Shown here: positions 48,528-59,241 of the stretch, in pieces
How the letters are laid out: each line of letters begins with the position of its first letter
How positions within the stretch are numbered: position 1 is the first letter of the stretch
IMG/VR virus record: IMGVR_UViG_3300035498_000356
Coordinates: 32,001 to 96,000 of that record
DNA length: 64,000 nucleotides
From: a virus
Taxonomy: Duplodnaviria > Caudoviricetes
Reading direction: 5' to 3' (one strand)
Program-made: the position numbers and the translations under genes
The notes under the pieces: model-generated
The model's database searches: none
What the model was told of the DNA's origin: nothing
Seen by the model: the letters and a program-made list of their open reading frames with translations, nothing else

Positions 48528-51500
48528 ATGACTGAACAAGAATGGCTAGGCGATAATCAACTCTCATTAGATATTTGGAATAACAAATATAGATATAATA
48601 ATGAATCATTTGAAGATTGGCTAGACAGAGTAAGTGGAGGTGATAAAGAAGTTAAACAGTTAATTATTGATAAGAAGTTCTTATTTGGAGGTCGTACACT
48701 AGCTAATAGAGGTATTGAAGGAGCAGGTAGTTATTCTAATTGTTATTCAATTGGATTTGTTCCTGATTCATTGGAAGGTATAATGGATGTAGCTACTAAA
48801 ATAGCACTTACATTTAAAGCACAAGGAGGTCAAGGACTTTCCTTATCTAAAATACGTCCTAAAGGTTCTCTTATTAGAGGGCAATATGAATCAGATGGAA
48901 TTGTTCCATTTATGCATATTTTTAATACAGTTACTGAAAGTATTTCTCAAGGAGGTTCTAGAAAAGGTGCGTTATTAATGTCTCTTGATGCTACACATCC
49001 AGAAGCTCTTACTTTTATTAAAATTAAAGAAAATCCTAATGAGATTACTAAAGCTAATCTTTCCGTTGAGTGTTCGGATCATTTTATGAATAACATTTAT
49101 AGCAATGAAAAATACGCAGAAGTATTTAATGCTATATGTGAATCCGCTAGAAAAAGTGCAGAGCCAGGAATAATCTTTACAGATAGATTTCGTAATTATA
49201 ATCTTATGGAATTTGTAGATGATTATCAGATAGAGACTTGTAACCCCTGCGGAGAACAGCCGCTGCCTAAAAATGCTGCTTGTAATTTATCTTCTATTAA
49301 TCTTTCTGCATATGTAATTAATCCATATTCTGAAAGAGCATGTTTAAATGAGGATCAATTAGTAAATGATGTTTATACTATCGTAAAAGCTATGGATGAT
49401 GTACTAGAAGAAAATATAGAACGTCATGCTCTTAAAGAGCAACAAGACATGACTAAGAAATATCGTAATCTAGGAATAGGAATTATGGGATTGGCTGACT
49501 GTCTTGTTATGTTAGGAATTAAATATGGATCTAAACAAGCTTGTTATGTAGCATCTGATATAATACAAATTATATTTAGATCTGCTGTATATGCAAGTAG
49601 TGATTTGGCAGAAAAAAGAGGAAATTTTCCTGGGTATTCTGAAAAAATATGGGATTCTGAAATTATACAGCATAGTTTTACTGATGATGAAATCCTTAAA
49701 CTAAAAGAAAAGAATAAATTACGTAATTGTAGTCTTATTTCTATTGCTCCAACTGGGTCAAACTAATAGGCTCAGTATAAATTCCGTTAATTGCTGGAAC
49801 TTCCTTAAATTAGATAAACTACAACATAATCCGAAAGGATAAGTGTGAATGTTTGAAAATTATCTAAATTTTGATTTTTCTAAAAATATATGTATATTTA
49901 CTCATGATTTTTAGATATGAGCCTTAGGCTCAATATAATCGAAGATGGAAAATCAGCAACCATGTATCTAAATATTTTATATATGATATAGGGCTCAACG
50001 ACTAAATTTTGTACACTGTAAGCTGATGACAGTGGAAACACGGAAATTATTTTATATATGAGTAAAGTTAATATTACTAAAGAAGAATTAGAAGATTTGT
50101 ATATCAATTAGGAGTTATCAACTCGTGATATTGCAAAAAAATTAAATGTAGGGCAAACTACTGTAAGAAGATGGTTATCTAAATACGAAATTAAAACAAG
50201 AACGTCTAAAGAATCTAAAAATACATCTGTGTATCAAAAGAAAGTAGAACAACTTGCAGAAAGGTATAGAATTGAATATGTTAAAGACTATACTAAATTT
50301 TGTGAATGTTGTGGAAAAGAATTTCATGTTGATGGTAGACATAAAAACCAAAAGTATTGTTCTCCTGAGTGTGTTAGAAATTCAAAAGTTACCAGAGAAT
50401 CTAAAATATTAGAAACTGGAGAAAGAATTTATAAAAATACTTATACATGTGAATTATGTAATAAAGAATATACCTTTTGGAATCCTCGGTATTATAAAAG
50501 GCGTTTCTGCGATAATTGTTTATCACAACATAAATCAGACATATTTACTAATAAAATTACTACTACTTGCGGCTATTGTGGAAAAGATATAGAAGTAATT
50601 CTTAGTAGATTTTATAGTAATAAATATTGTTATTGTAATGTTAAATGTATGGCTGAACATTATGCTTAGATTTATACTGGTGAAAACTCTCCAACCTGGA
50701 AAGGAGGAGTAAATAAACATTACAAAGGAAATTGGTTACATCAATCAAAACTTTGTAGAGAACGTGATAATAATTGTTGTCAAATTTGCGGAAAAAGTTA
50801 TGAAGAAAATGATAATCATAACATGGATGTTCATCATATTAGAAAATATAGATTATTTGAAAATCCTGATGAAGCAAATAATTTAGATAATTTGATTTCT
50901 TTATGCCACTCTTGCCATAGTTTTATTCATTCTAATAGTAATATAGACAAATTGTATATTAAAGAATAATAAGATATAGTCTGATCTTATAGGAAACTAT
51001 AAGCTGTGGATAATTCCCGTATATGATGTTGCGAATCATATAGAACAAAATGCTATAGGAACCATGTTGAATATATCAACTGGTTGTGAACCTTTCTTTG
51101 CATTAAGCTATATTAGAAAGACCGTTTCTTTGAATAAAGAGGATACTTTTTATACGGTTGATATAAAAGCAGTAGAGGATTATAAAAGAATTACGGGAAA
51201 TGTTAAACTTCCTTCATATTTTGTAACTTCTGAAGAAATTCCGTATGAATCCAGAATTAATATGCAGGCAGCTTTGCAGGAATTTACTGATACAGCTATT
51301 TCAAGTACAGTAAATCTTTCTAGTGATACTACTGTTGATCAAATTAAAGATTTGTATATCAAAGCATGGAAAGCAGGATTAAAAGGGGTTACTATTTATG
51401 TTACAGGTAGTAGGGATCCAATTCTTAGTACAGATTCTAAGAAAGAATCTGAAGAAAAACCTGAAGTAGAAATATCTCAAGAATTTAGTCTTAATACTGA

Positions 51501-52056
51501 TAACGCTAAATCACAGTTAGATAACCCTCATGAACTTGAAAGAGGAGAAATTATCAAAGCTGGTAATGAATGTATTGGTCTTAAGCGGACTTTGATTACT
51601 GGTTGCGGCAGTTTACATTGTACGGCCTACTTTGACCCTTTTAATGGTGAATTACGGGAATGCTACCTTTCTAAAGGTAGTACAGGAGGTTGTAATAACT
51701 TTATGATTTCTCTTTCTCGTATGATTAGTCTTGCTGCCAGAGGTGGAATAAAGGTAGAAGATATTTTAGATCAACTTAAATCTTGTGGTGTTTGTCCATC
51801 ATATGCTGTTCGATCAGCAACCAAACGTGATACTTCTAAAGGTTCATGTTGTCCAGTCGCTGTTGGAGAAGCATTGAAAGAAATGTCAGAAGAAATGAAA
51901 ACATTAGTGAATACTAATCAAACTTCAACAATCGAAATAAAACAAAATGATGATAAATCAGAAGGAGCTGAATGTCCTAATTGTCATGAAATGACTTTAG
52001 TACATGTAGGTGGGTGTACTTCATGCACATCCTGCGGTTTTTCTCATTGTAGCTGA
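48528..52056 (+). CDS. nrdJ: Class II (B12) ribonucleotide reductase split by a group I intron (exons 48528-49758, 51053-52056)
   Basis: SNC, CNPCGEQPL, ACNLSS; splicing gives SIAPTG|SIGTMLNISTGCEP; C-terminal TSCPD-like domain and Zn ribbon. Confidence 0.92.
49759..51052 (+). mobile_element. Group I intron (IA2-like) encoding an HNH endonuclease
   Basis: P1 ACTGGGT/GCTCAGT; TTGCTGGAA, AATCAGCAA, AACGACTA and AAGATATAGTCT elements; terminal G. Confidence 0.9.
50058..50969 (+). CDS. Intron-encoded HNH homing endonuclease (2 in-frame TAG)
   Basis: N-terminal HTH, CxxC repeats, CQICG...DVHH...NLISLCHSCH. Confidence 0.85.
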
Positions 52057-52060
52057 TATT

Positions 52061-52255
52061 ATGATTGTATTTAAAATACTATTACTGTTAATTAGTTTAT
52101 TTAAAATCTTTATTCTATCATCTAGTAAACTAATTGATGAATTATATGAAGTTTTAAAAGAATATCTTTCTTACGAACAACTTTTAGGAATTCAATCATT
52201 AGTAATTATGGATGGTGTAATAGAGTTAATTTGTGTACTATGGATGTTTATATAG
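52061..52255 (+). CDS. Small membrane protein
   Basis: ATG start within track ORF 52010-52255. Confidence 0.5.
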   Translation: MIVFKILLLLISLFKIFILSSSKLIDELYEVLKEYLSYEQLLGIQSLVIMDGVIELICVLWMFI

Positions 52256-52509
52256 TATATAATAATGACGACCTAATAAGAAAGTTGGGAGGTGCTTATA
52301 CATTGAAAGTATCTCCCTACTTTCATTTTATTAACGACCTAACAAAGAAAGGCAAGAAAGAAGCTTGGAAACTTAAACAAGAATTTGGAGCTAAGTTAAC
52401 TCCATTTGCAGTTGTCTATGAATCAGAAAAGCCAATTAAAGCCTTTTATTCAGAAACAGGAGAAGATATTATATCATCTCTTATTAAATACTTAAATGAT
52501 GGAAACTAA
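52240..52509 (+). CDS. Thioredoxin-fold-like hypothetical protein
   Basis: FGAKLTPFAV motif; adjacent to the RNR. Confidence 0.55.
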   Translation: MDVYIVYNNDDLIRKLGGAYTLKVSPYFHFINDLTKKGKKEAWKLKQEFGAKLTPFAVVYESEKPIKAFYSETGEDIISSLIKYLNDGN

Positions 52510-52771
52510 CGAATTAGGATATGGATTTACAATTAATGAGACATTAACTAGATGGCTCAGAAAAGGTTTAAATCCACTTCCAGAATCTTATAAAGTTTTG
52601 TCTGTTTGGAAAGATAATATTTATATTGACAATATACTAGTTGATGGCAATAAAGATATAGAAAGTCTCGGTAAAGACGATATTGATGCTACTGCCAGAC
52701 TAGACATTTTTAAATACTTATATTATGCTGAAAATAATAGCAATACTACTTCTGATACAAGCAATACATAA
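52496..52771 (+). CDS. Hypothetical protein
   Basis: ORF track. Confidence 0.65.
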   Translation: MMETNELGYGFTINETLTRWLRKGLNPLPESYKVLSVWKDNIYIDNILVDGNKDIESLGKDDIDATARLDIFKYLYYAENNSNTTSDTSNT

Positions 52772-52961
52772 TCTTATATCAACTATTAAAGGAGTTGATA
52801 TTAACACAATACATCAATACGCAATAAATGAATATCCACAAATTCCAGAAAAAACACTACGAACAATATGTACACTTAGTATATATATTGCAGGAGCACT
52901 ATCCGGAATCGTTAATGGATTATTTATTTATGCGTCATATTATTTATTTTTCTTATGTTAA
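52725..52961 (+). CDS. Small membrane protein
   Basis: Two hydrophobic segments. Confidence 0.55.
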   Translation: MLKIIAILLLIQAIHNLISTIKGVDINTIHQYAINEYPQIPEKTLRTICTLSIYIAGALSGIVNGLFIYASYYLFFLC

Positions 52962-53176
52962 AACGTAGAGGATTATCTGGAATTTATATATTTGATAAAT
53001 TCCCTGGGGAAGAGAGAAGAGAACCAACATGTGTTGAAGATTGTCAAGAAGAGACAAGACATAAATGGTTGGATTCTTTAGAGAGAGAAGCATTGATTAA
53101 TACAATTGATCATCTTTGTGGAACCATTACTGCAATATCTGATAAATTTGGAATTATTTGTGGTAGTGAAGAATAA
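52955..53176 (+). CDS. Hypothetical protein
   Basis: ORF track. Confidence 0.7.
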   Translation: MLKRRGLSGIYIFDKFPGEERREPTCVEDCQEETRHKWLDSLEREALINTIDHLCGTITAISDKFGIICGSEE

Positions 53177-53183
53177 TTAAAAT

Positions 53184-53888
53184 ATGAAATATCTAATATT
53201 AGGAGATATTCATGGTCGAATTATTTGGAAAGATATAGTCTCTAAGGAAGATTTTGATAAAGTAATCTTCCTTGGAGACTATGTCTCTACGCATGAAGAC
53301 ATCTCAGCTAAACAGCAAATATCAAATCTTTTAGATATTCTTAAATATAAGTATAACAATCTTGATAAAGTAATACTATTACGAGGTAATCATGATATAC
53401 AACATCTCGGTTACTCATGGGCTGAGTGTTCTGGATATAATTCAGAAATAGGAAACTATATGTCTGAAAGTGTATTTAAAGAACGATTATTAAATCTTAC
53501 TCAATGGTGTTATATTGATGATGATTTGAAAATTATTTTTTCGCATGCTGGAGTATCTCAAGTTTGGTTAGATGATTCTGGAATTGAAGATGCTCATAAT
53601 ATAAATAGTTATGAGCCATCTCAATTATTTGGATTTACTCCTGATAATTATTTCGATAATTGTGGATATTCTAAAACACAACCGCTTACTTGGATTAGAC
53701 CTGAATCATTATGTATGTGTAATGTATTAGGATATACTCAAGTTGTCGGACATACTCCTTGTAAAAAGATAATTGAAGTTAATAAATCTACTAAAGGAAA
53801 TCAATCTATTTGGTTATGTGATACTTTAGGATACGGAGAATATTTAGTAATAGATGATGGAGAATTTAATGTTAAAAAATTTAAATAA
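53184..53888 (+). CDS. Metallophosphoesterase
   Basis: GDIHG, GDYV, RGNHD, SHAG, VGHT. Confidence 0.9.
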   Translation: MKYLILGDIHGRIIWKDIVSKEDFDKVIFLGDYVSTHEDISAKQQISNLLDILKYKYNNLDKVILLRGNHDIQHLGYSWAECSGYNSEIGNYMSESVFKERLLNLTQWCYIDDDLKIIFSHAGVSQVWLDDSGIEDAHNINSYEPSQLFGFTPDNYFDNCGYSKTQPLTWIRPESLCMCNVLGYTQVVGHTPCKKIIEVNKSTKGNQSIWLCDTLGYGEYLVIDDGEFNVKKFK

Positions 53889-53890
53889 TT

Positions 53891-54409
53891 ATGGAAATGC
53901 TAAAAGTAAATGTGATTAATAATTCTGAAAACAGCTTGCCTAAATATGAAACAGAAGGAGCAGCTGGACTAGATTTGCGTGCTAGTTTTAAATATGTTAC
54001 TCCTGATAATCCAATCAAATTATATGGAGATGGAGAAGTTTTATTTCCAGGAGATTCACATTCTAAGGCAATGTTAAGACTTGATCCAGGAAGTAGAGCA
54101 ATTATTCCTACTGATATGTCCATTGCAGTTCCTAAAGGATATTTCTGTGCTATTTATCCTAGAAGTGGTTATGCAATTAAGCATGGATTGGGATTAGTTA
54201 ACTCTGTTGGTGTTCTAGATGAGGATTATAGAGGTGTAGTGGGAATTCCAGTTATTAATCACGGTTTTGAACCTATTTGGATTGAAGATGGTGAACGTAT
54301 TGCACAGATGATTATTCAACCTTATGCTAAGATTGAATGGAATGAAGTTAGAAATTTAGATGAAACATCTAGAAATTCAGAAGGATTTGGAACTACTGGC
54401 TTAAAATAA
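53891..54409 (+). CDS. dut: dUTPase
   Basis: AGLDL, PRSG, GVLDEDYRG, RIAQ, GFGTTG. Confidence 0.95.
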   Translation: MEMLKVNVINNSENSLPKYETEGAAGLDLRASFKYVTPDNPIKLYGDGEVLFPGDSHSKAMLRLDPGSRAIIPTDMSIAVPKGYFCAIYPRSGYAIKHGLGLVNSVGVLDEDYRGVVGIPVINHGFEPIWIEDGERIAQMIIQPYAKIEWNEVRNLDETSRNSEGFGTTGLK

Positions 54410-54414
54410 TAACT

Positions 54415-54609
54415 ATGACTAATATTATTGACGAACTTAATTATAAAATCTATCATCATCTAGGTAAGAAATTATCTAAACTTGCATTAGAAGCATTAAA
54501 AGCTTTAAATTCTGTAATGCATTTTAGTGAAAAAGATATGGATGATTTACTTAATATTTACATGTCAGAATCATACGAACAGAATCGAAAGAGATTCTAC
54601 GAATGGTAA
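54415..54609 (+). CDS. Hypothetical protein
   Basis: ORF track. Confidence 0.6.
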   Translation: MTNIIDELNYKIYHHLGKKLSKLALEALKALNSVMHFSEKDMDDLLNIYMSESYEQNRKRFYEW

Positions 54610-54624
54610 TAACTATTTATTAAT

Positions 54625-54987
54625 ATGGGACTTGATATATTTTTTGATAAAAGAAGTAAACTTAATATAGGATATTTTAGGAAGGTTAATTTCTTGGTAT
54701 CATTCTTTGAAAATTTAGGATACAATTTAGATAATTGCGTTCCTATTAAAATTAAAAAAGAAGATATTGTAGAATTAATTAGTTTATGTTCACAAGTATT
54801 GAAGAATCATGATAAAGCAGAAGAATTGCTTCCAACGCATTCTGGATTCTTTTTTGGAAGTACTGAATATGATGATATGTATTTTGAAGATGTGTTTGAA
54901 GTATATAAATATTGTCAATTTGAATTACTTCCAGAATTCGATAAACTTAATAATACAGAATATATAACATTTACAATTGATTTTTAG
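54625..54987 (+). CDS. Hypothetical protein (MGLD...YFRK...GFFFG phage family)
   Basis: ORF track. Confidence 0.75.
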   Translation: MGLDIFFDKRSKLNIGYFRKVNFLVSFFENLGYNLDNCVPIKIKKEDIVELISLCSQVLKNHDKAEELLPTHSGFFFGSTEYDDMYFEDVFEVYKYCQFELLPEFDKLNNTEYITFTIDF

Positions 54988-54990
54988 AAT

Positions 54991-55374
54991 ATGAAATTAG
55001 AACCACTTTTGCCACTTATTAAAAAGTATCAACGAGCTGCAAAGTCTGACGATTATACCGAAACTGATAGAATTGGAGAAGAATTAGAAGATGCTCTTTG
55101 TGAAGATCATAGAAGATTAAATTGTGAAATTACATTAAAATTCTCTACTGATTTGAGTGAATTAAATAGTCAAGATTGTAATTTTCTATCATATTTAACA
55201 GAGGATGATGTAATTGACCCATTGCAATCAGCGTCAACATATATTAATGAAAATATTGAATATTGTTATAATAATTCATATTTAGATAACAATGGAAGAA
55301 GTATCATTGTAAAAATAACTGATTCAACAGGTAAAGTAATATACCAAAATAAAATGAATGGTGTTAATTGGTAA
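54991..55374 (+). CDS. Hypothetical protein
   Basis: ORF track. Confidence 0.7.
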   Translation: MKLEPLLPLIKKYQRAAKSDDYTETDRIGEELEDALCEDHRRLNCEITLKFSTDLSELNSQDCNFLSYLTEDDVIDPLQSASTYINENIEYCYNNSYLDNNGRSIIVKITDSTGKVIYQNKMNGVNW

Positions 55375-55378
55375 AAAC

Positions 55379-55675
55379 ATGGATAAAGAAAAGTTTATAA
55401 GTTTGCTTAAAGAGCATGATTCTCAAGTAGAAAGAATTGATTTGCTTCAATCTATTGGATTAAATATATATGATTCTCCACTAATTGAATATGGTAATTT
55501 TATGTTTGACGAAGTTATTAAAGCATATTTTACTGAAGAAGGAGATGATTGGATTTCCTGGTTTATATATGAAAAAAATGGGGATCCAGAGATAAAAGCA
55601 TTTGATAATGGAAAAGAAATTCCATTGGAAACATATGATGATCTTTGGGAACTAGTAAAAGAATACATTAAATGA
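55379..55675 (+). CDS. Hypothetical protein
   Basis: ATG start within track ORF 55358-55675. Confidence 0.7.
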   Translation: MDKEKFISLLKEHDSQVERIDLLQSIGLNIYDSPLIEYGNFMFDEVIKAYFTEEGDDWISWFIYEKNGDPEIKAFDNGKEIPLETYDDLWELVKEYIK

Positions 55676-55884
55676 TATTATATGCTGTACAATATAATGG
55701 ACCACTCACGAGTAATGTGTGGTCCATTATTCGTATTTATAAGGATGAGGATAAGGCAATAAGTTATTTAAATAAAGTAAAGAATAACTTTGAAGATAAT
55801 AATTATACAATGCCTAAATTAGAGATAACTAAAATTGATACAGATTCTAACTCGGATTACGTTTATGATTATGAAGAATGCTAA
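55672..55884 (+). CDS. Hypothetical protein
   Basis: ORF track. Confidence 0.6.
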   Translation: MILYAVQYNGPLTSNVWSIIRIYKDEDKAISYLNKVKNNFEDNNYTMPKLEITKIDTDSNSDYVYDYEEC

Positions 55885-55943
55885 AATATGATTATTTTTT
55901 AATATAATAATCTAAATGATATATTTAATTATAATATTAAATT

Positions 55944-56825
55944 ATGAAAATATTTGATAAAAATTCAGGAAACGAAATTAAGCCAAGATTACGTTCAAAA
56001 ATATCTGGAACAAATAGAGTAATTGAATGTACCCTAAAAGGACCCGATATTACTAACGTAATCTTTGGAGCAACTTCTAGAGGTATTATTGATGGAAGAG
56101 AAATTCCTGATGGAATTTCTTTTGATAATTGTGTATTTAATTATGTGGATTTTGAGACAATTTCAGAATGCACTTTCAAGAATTGTCACTTCAATAAGTG
56201 CTTATTTACTTCGATGAGAAATGTTGTATTAGAAAATTGTACTGGATATTTTTCTAAAGTAAAAAATTATTACAGTAACATTGTTCCTATACTATCAGGT
56301 AATTGTTCTTTTATTAATTGTAACGGATTGGAATTTGATGGATATATTGATTTTGATGATACTGTTATTAAGTCAATAAATTGCCCAGATCTAGACATAG
56401 CGTTGACCAGATCTGAACAGAGAAGAAAGGAGTATGAAGAAATAATACGTAAGACTAAAGAACTTCGCAAATCTATAAAGTATGGGTATAAAGTGGTTAC
56501 TGCACCAGTTCTTGTTAAATTATCATTTCCAGAAGAAGCTGAAATTGTAAACCTCGACAAAGATAAGAGTAGAGCTAATATGGCTTTTGTAGAAGCTGTC
56601 TATATTGTTAATGACTTTGGAAGAGAAGGAGTAACTAATAGGAGTTACTTGCCTTCATGTAATTATGAAGTTGGTAAGTTAGTGGTTCCAGATTCATATG
56701 ATCCGAATCCAAATAATTTGTGTGGACATGGAATACATTTCTGTAAAGATATTGAAAGTTTGTCTGAACATTCTTACGTGGATATAGATCAAATTAAAAA
56801 CATTAAAAAGAAATTAAATCTTTAA
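55944..56825 (+). CDS. Pentapeptide-repeat-like plus DUF5758-like protein
   Basis: FDNCVF/FKNCHF repeats; C-terminal YEVGKLVVPDSYD...CGHGIHF. Confidence 0.7.
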   Translation: MKIFDKNSGNEIKPRLRSKISGTNRVIECTLKGPDITNVIFGATSRGIIDGREIPDGISFDNCVFNYVDFETISECTFKNCHFNKCLFTSMRNVVLENCTGYFSKVKNYYSNIVPILSGNCSFINCNGLEFDGYIDFDDTVIKSINCPDLDIALTRSEQRRKEYEEIIRKTKELRKSIKYGYKVVTAPVLVKLSFPEEAEIVNLDKDKSRANMAFVEAVYIVNDFGREGVTNRSYLPSCNYEVGKLVVPDSYDPNPNNLCGHGIHFCKDIESLSEHSYVDIDQIKNIKKKLNL

Positions 56826-56850
56826 TATTAACTATAATATATTTTGAATT

Positions 56851-58056
56851 ATGCTTAATAAGTTTTTGTTAAGTAAAAGTTCTAATGGAAAATTTCGATT
56901 TGCCGTAATTGAATGTGATGAAGAATGGTATGATAAAGTACACGGATATGTCATTACTAAAAATTACGGACAAGTTTATGGGAAAACAACAGAAGCACCT
57001 TCTATAATTGTTAGTCAGACTAAACAGAAAAGAACTTGGAAAGAACAATATACTTTGCAATTTAATTCTGAAGTTAAAAAGTTTTTAGATAAAGGATATA
57101 AAGAAATTCCTAAACATCCTAATGAATATACACAAGAAGAATTATCAAATATATTTGGAGAGGTAGTTACTAATACTCAAGGTGTTATTAAGCCAATGTT
57201 AGCTAAACAATATGAGAAAGTTACTAATCCTAAAATATTTGATAATCAATGGATGGCTAGTAGAAAACTTGATGGTGTTAGATGTCTGATGTCATGGAAT
57301 GGATCAAAAATAATGACTAGTAGCAGGGGCGGCGAGCACTACAATTATTCTACTGAACATTTACGCACAAATGATGTATTAATTAAATTCTTTAAGAAGA
57401 ATCCTACTGCTATTTTAGACGGAGAACTATTTAAACGTGGTAAAACACTTCAAGCTATTAGCGGTGCTGCTAGAATGGAAAAAGATGCAGATACAGATTG
57501 GCTTCAATATTGGATATATGATGTATATGTTTCTGATAAACCTGAGCTTATAGCTAAAGAACGAAGTGATTTTCTAATAAGTGAATTTGGTCTTGATATT
57601 CCTCTGTATTATGGTCAAGAAGAATCAGAAGAACCAATATATTTACTAGAACAAACTCCTGTTCAAGGATGGAATAATATAGAAGCACTACATGATTCTT
57701 ATGTAGAAGCTGGATTTGAAGGTGTAGTTATACGAAATCCTAATAGACCTTATAAACCTAATGGCAGAACTAATGATATGATTAAAGTCAAAAAATATAA
57801 ATCTTCTGACTTTAAAGTAATAGGATATGAATTAGGTGTAAGAGGTTCTGAAGATATGTGTTTCATATGTGAATTACAAGATGGAAGAACATTCAAAGCA
57901 ATGCCAGTAGGGGATAGAATTACTAAAGATGAGTATGTAACAAACTTTGAATCTAAATATAATGGCCATTTAGTTGAATGCACATATTTTAATTATTCTG
58001 AGGATGGAATCCCAACTCAGCCTAAAGCCAGGATATTTAGGTTTGATTTAGAGTAA
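56851..58056 (+). CDS. lig: ATP-dependent DNA ligase
   Basis: KPMLAK, RKLDGVR, LDGEL, EGVVIR, IKVKK. Confidence 0.93.
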   Translation: MLNKFLLSKSSNGKFRFAVIECDEEWYDKVHGYVITKNYGQVYGKTTEAPSIIVSQTKQKRTWKEQYTLQFNSEVKKFLDKGYKEIPKHPNEYTQEELSNIFGEVVTNTQGVIKPMLAKQYEKVTNPKIFDNQWMASRKLDGVRCLMSWNGSKIMTSSRGGEHYNYSTEHLRTNDVLIKFFKKNPTAILDGELFKRGKTLQAISGAARMEKDADTDWLQYWIYDVYVSDKPELIAKERSDFLISEFGLDIPLYYGQEESEEPIYLLEQTPVQGWNNIEALHDSYVEAGFEGVVIRNPNRPYKPNGRTNDMIKVKKYKSSDFKVIGYELGVRGSEDMCFICELQDGRTFKAMPVGDRITKDEYVTNFESKYNGHLVECTYFNYSEDGIPTQPKARIFRFDLE

Positions 58057-58062
58057 AGTAAA

Positions 58063-58317
58063 ATGAGTAAAGTAGAGGAAATAATAGATGATCTTGGACT
58101 ATTTTGTGTAGAAGTAGAAAGGAATGTTCTAGATCGTTGTATACATATTACAGGAGGAAGTAGAAAATTAAAGAATTGTAAGATTGCATTCAGTCAAATA
58201 AATACAATCTTAGATGCTCTTCCGGATTGGGACTTATATTATTTTTATATTGATGAATCAAATCTTTGGAGTGCACAATTAAGACTTGATATTAAATTGT
58301 GTACAACCAATTCATAA
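58063..58317 (+). CDS. Hypothetical protein
   Basis: ORF track. Confidence 0.6.
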   Translation: MSKVEEIIDDLGLFCVEVERNVLDRCIHITGGSRKLKNCKIAFSQINTILDALPDWDLYYFYIDESNLWSAQLRLDIKLCTTNS

Positions 58318-58518
58318 TATTAAATTATGCAATTAAAAATTACAAATCCTATCTCTGACAAATTAAAAATATATTGTGTTGAAAAAGAAGATGGTTTATA
58401 TTTTGATATAAAATATCTTTGTGAACTTAATATATTATCAAATGCATTCAATGTTAGTAATTTTAAAATAGACATGAATGCAGAAACATTAACATTTGAT
58501 ATATGAATATTTCTGAAA

Positions 58519-59241
58519 ATGACACTATCTGAATGGATTAAAATTCTAAATGATTTAGAATTTAAAGAAGATACATTTGATTATGTTGGATGTGAATTAA
58601 GTAAAATTACTTTAAAGCATGAGAATGAAACAATAGGTATATTTTGTTGTTATTCTGATGAATATTTAAAATATGTAAATAATCTGCCTAAAGATACAGA
58701 ATTTGTCCCAGATTATAATAAATGTGAGGTAGAAAGTATTCAAATTTTTACTAAAGAATTTGCATATCCTATCATGCATTATGATTCAAATGGCAAATTT
58801 AAAGGCTGTATAGAACTTGGATATAGATATGATAATTTTAATTCACTTACATATGATAATTTCATAAAGGCATTATGGATGTCAAGAAATCCAATTGAAG
58901 CTAAATTAGAAATAGTCGAAGGATTTATTTCTGAAGTAAGATTATTTTTGGATAAACATGGTGATGTTATTAAAAAATTAAATCTTAAAGAAGCTGGTAA
59001 TTCACTACTTAAAGTCGGTGATGCACTTAGACAAACAGAGCCTTATATAGCATATTCATGTAGTGAACATGATTACTTTGGTGTATATTTTGAATATAAT
59101 ATATTTACTGGCAAACTCATTCTTAAACAATGTAAATATAATTCACCATACGATCATGATTATGTAATTAATGCTATAAATGTGAATGATATAACTTCTG
59201 AAGAATTAGAAACAGAAATAAAATTATATATAGCCACATAG
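58519..59241 (+). CDS. Hypothetical protein
   Basis: ORF track; ends TAG TGA. Confidence 0.7.
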   Translation: MTLSEWIKILNDLEFKEDTFDYVGCELSKITLKHENETIGIFCCYSDEYLKYVNNLPKDTEFVPDYNKCEVESIQIFTKEFAYPIMHYDSNGKFKGCIELGYRYDNFNSLTYDNFIKALWMSRNPIEAKLEIVEGFISEVRLFLDKHGDVIKKLNLKEAGNSLLKVGDALRQTEPYIAYSCSEHDYFGVYFEYNIFTGKLILKQCKYNSPYDHDYVINAINVNDITSEELETEIKLYIAT

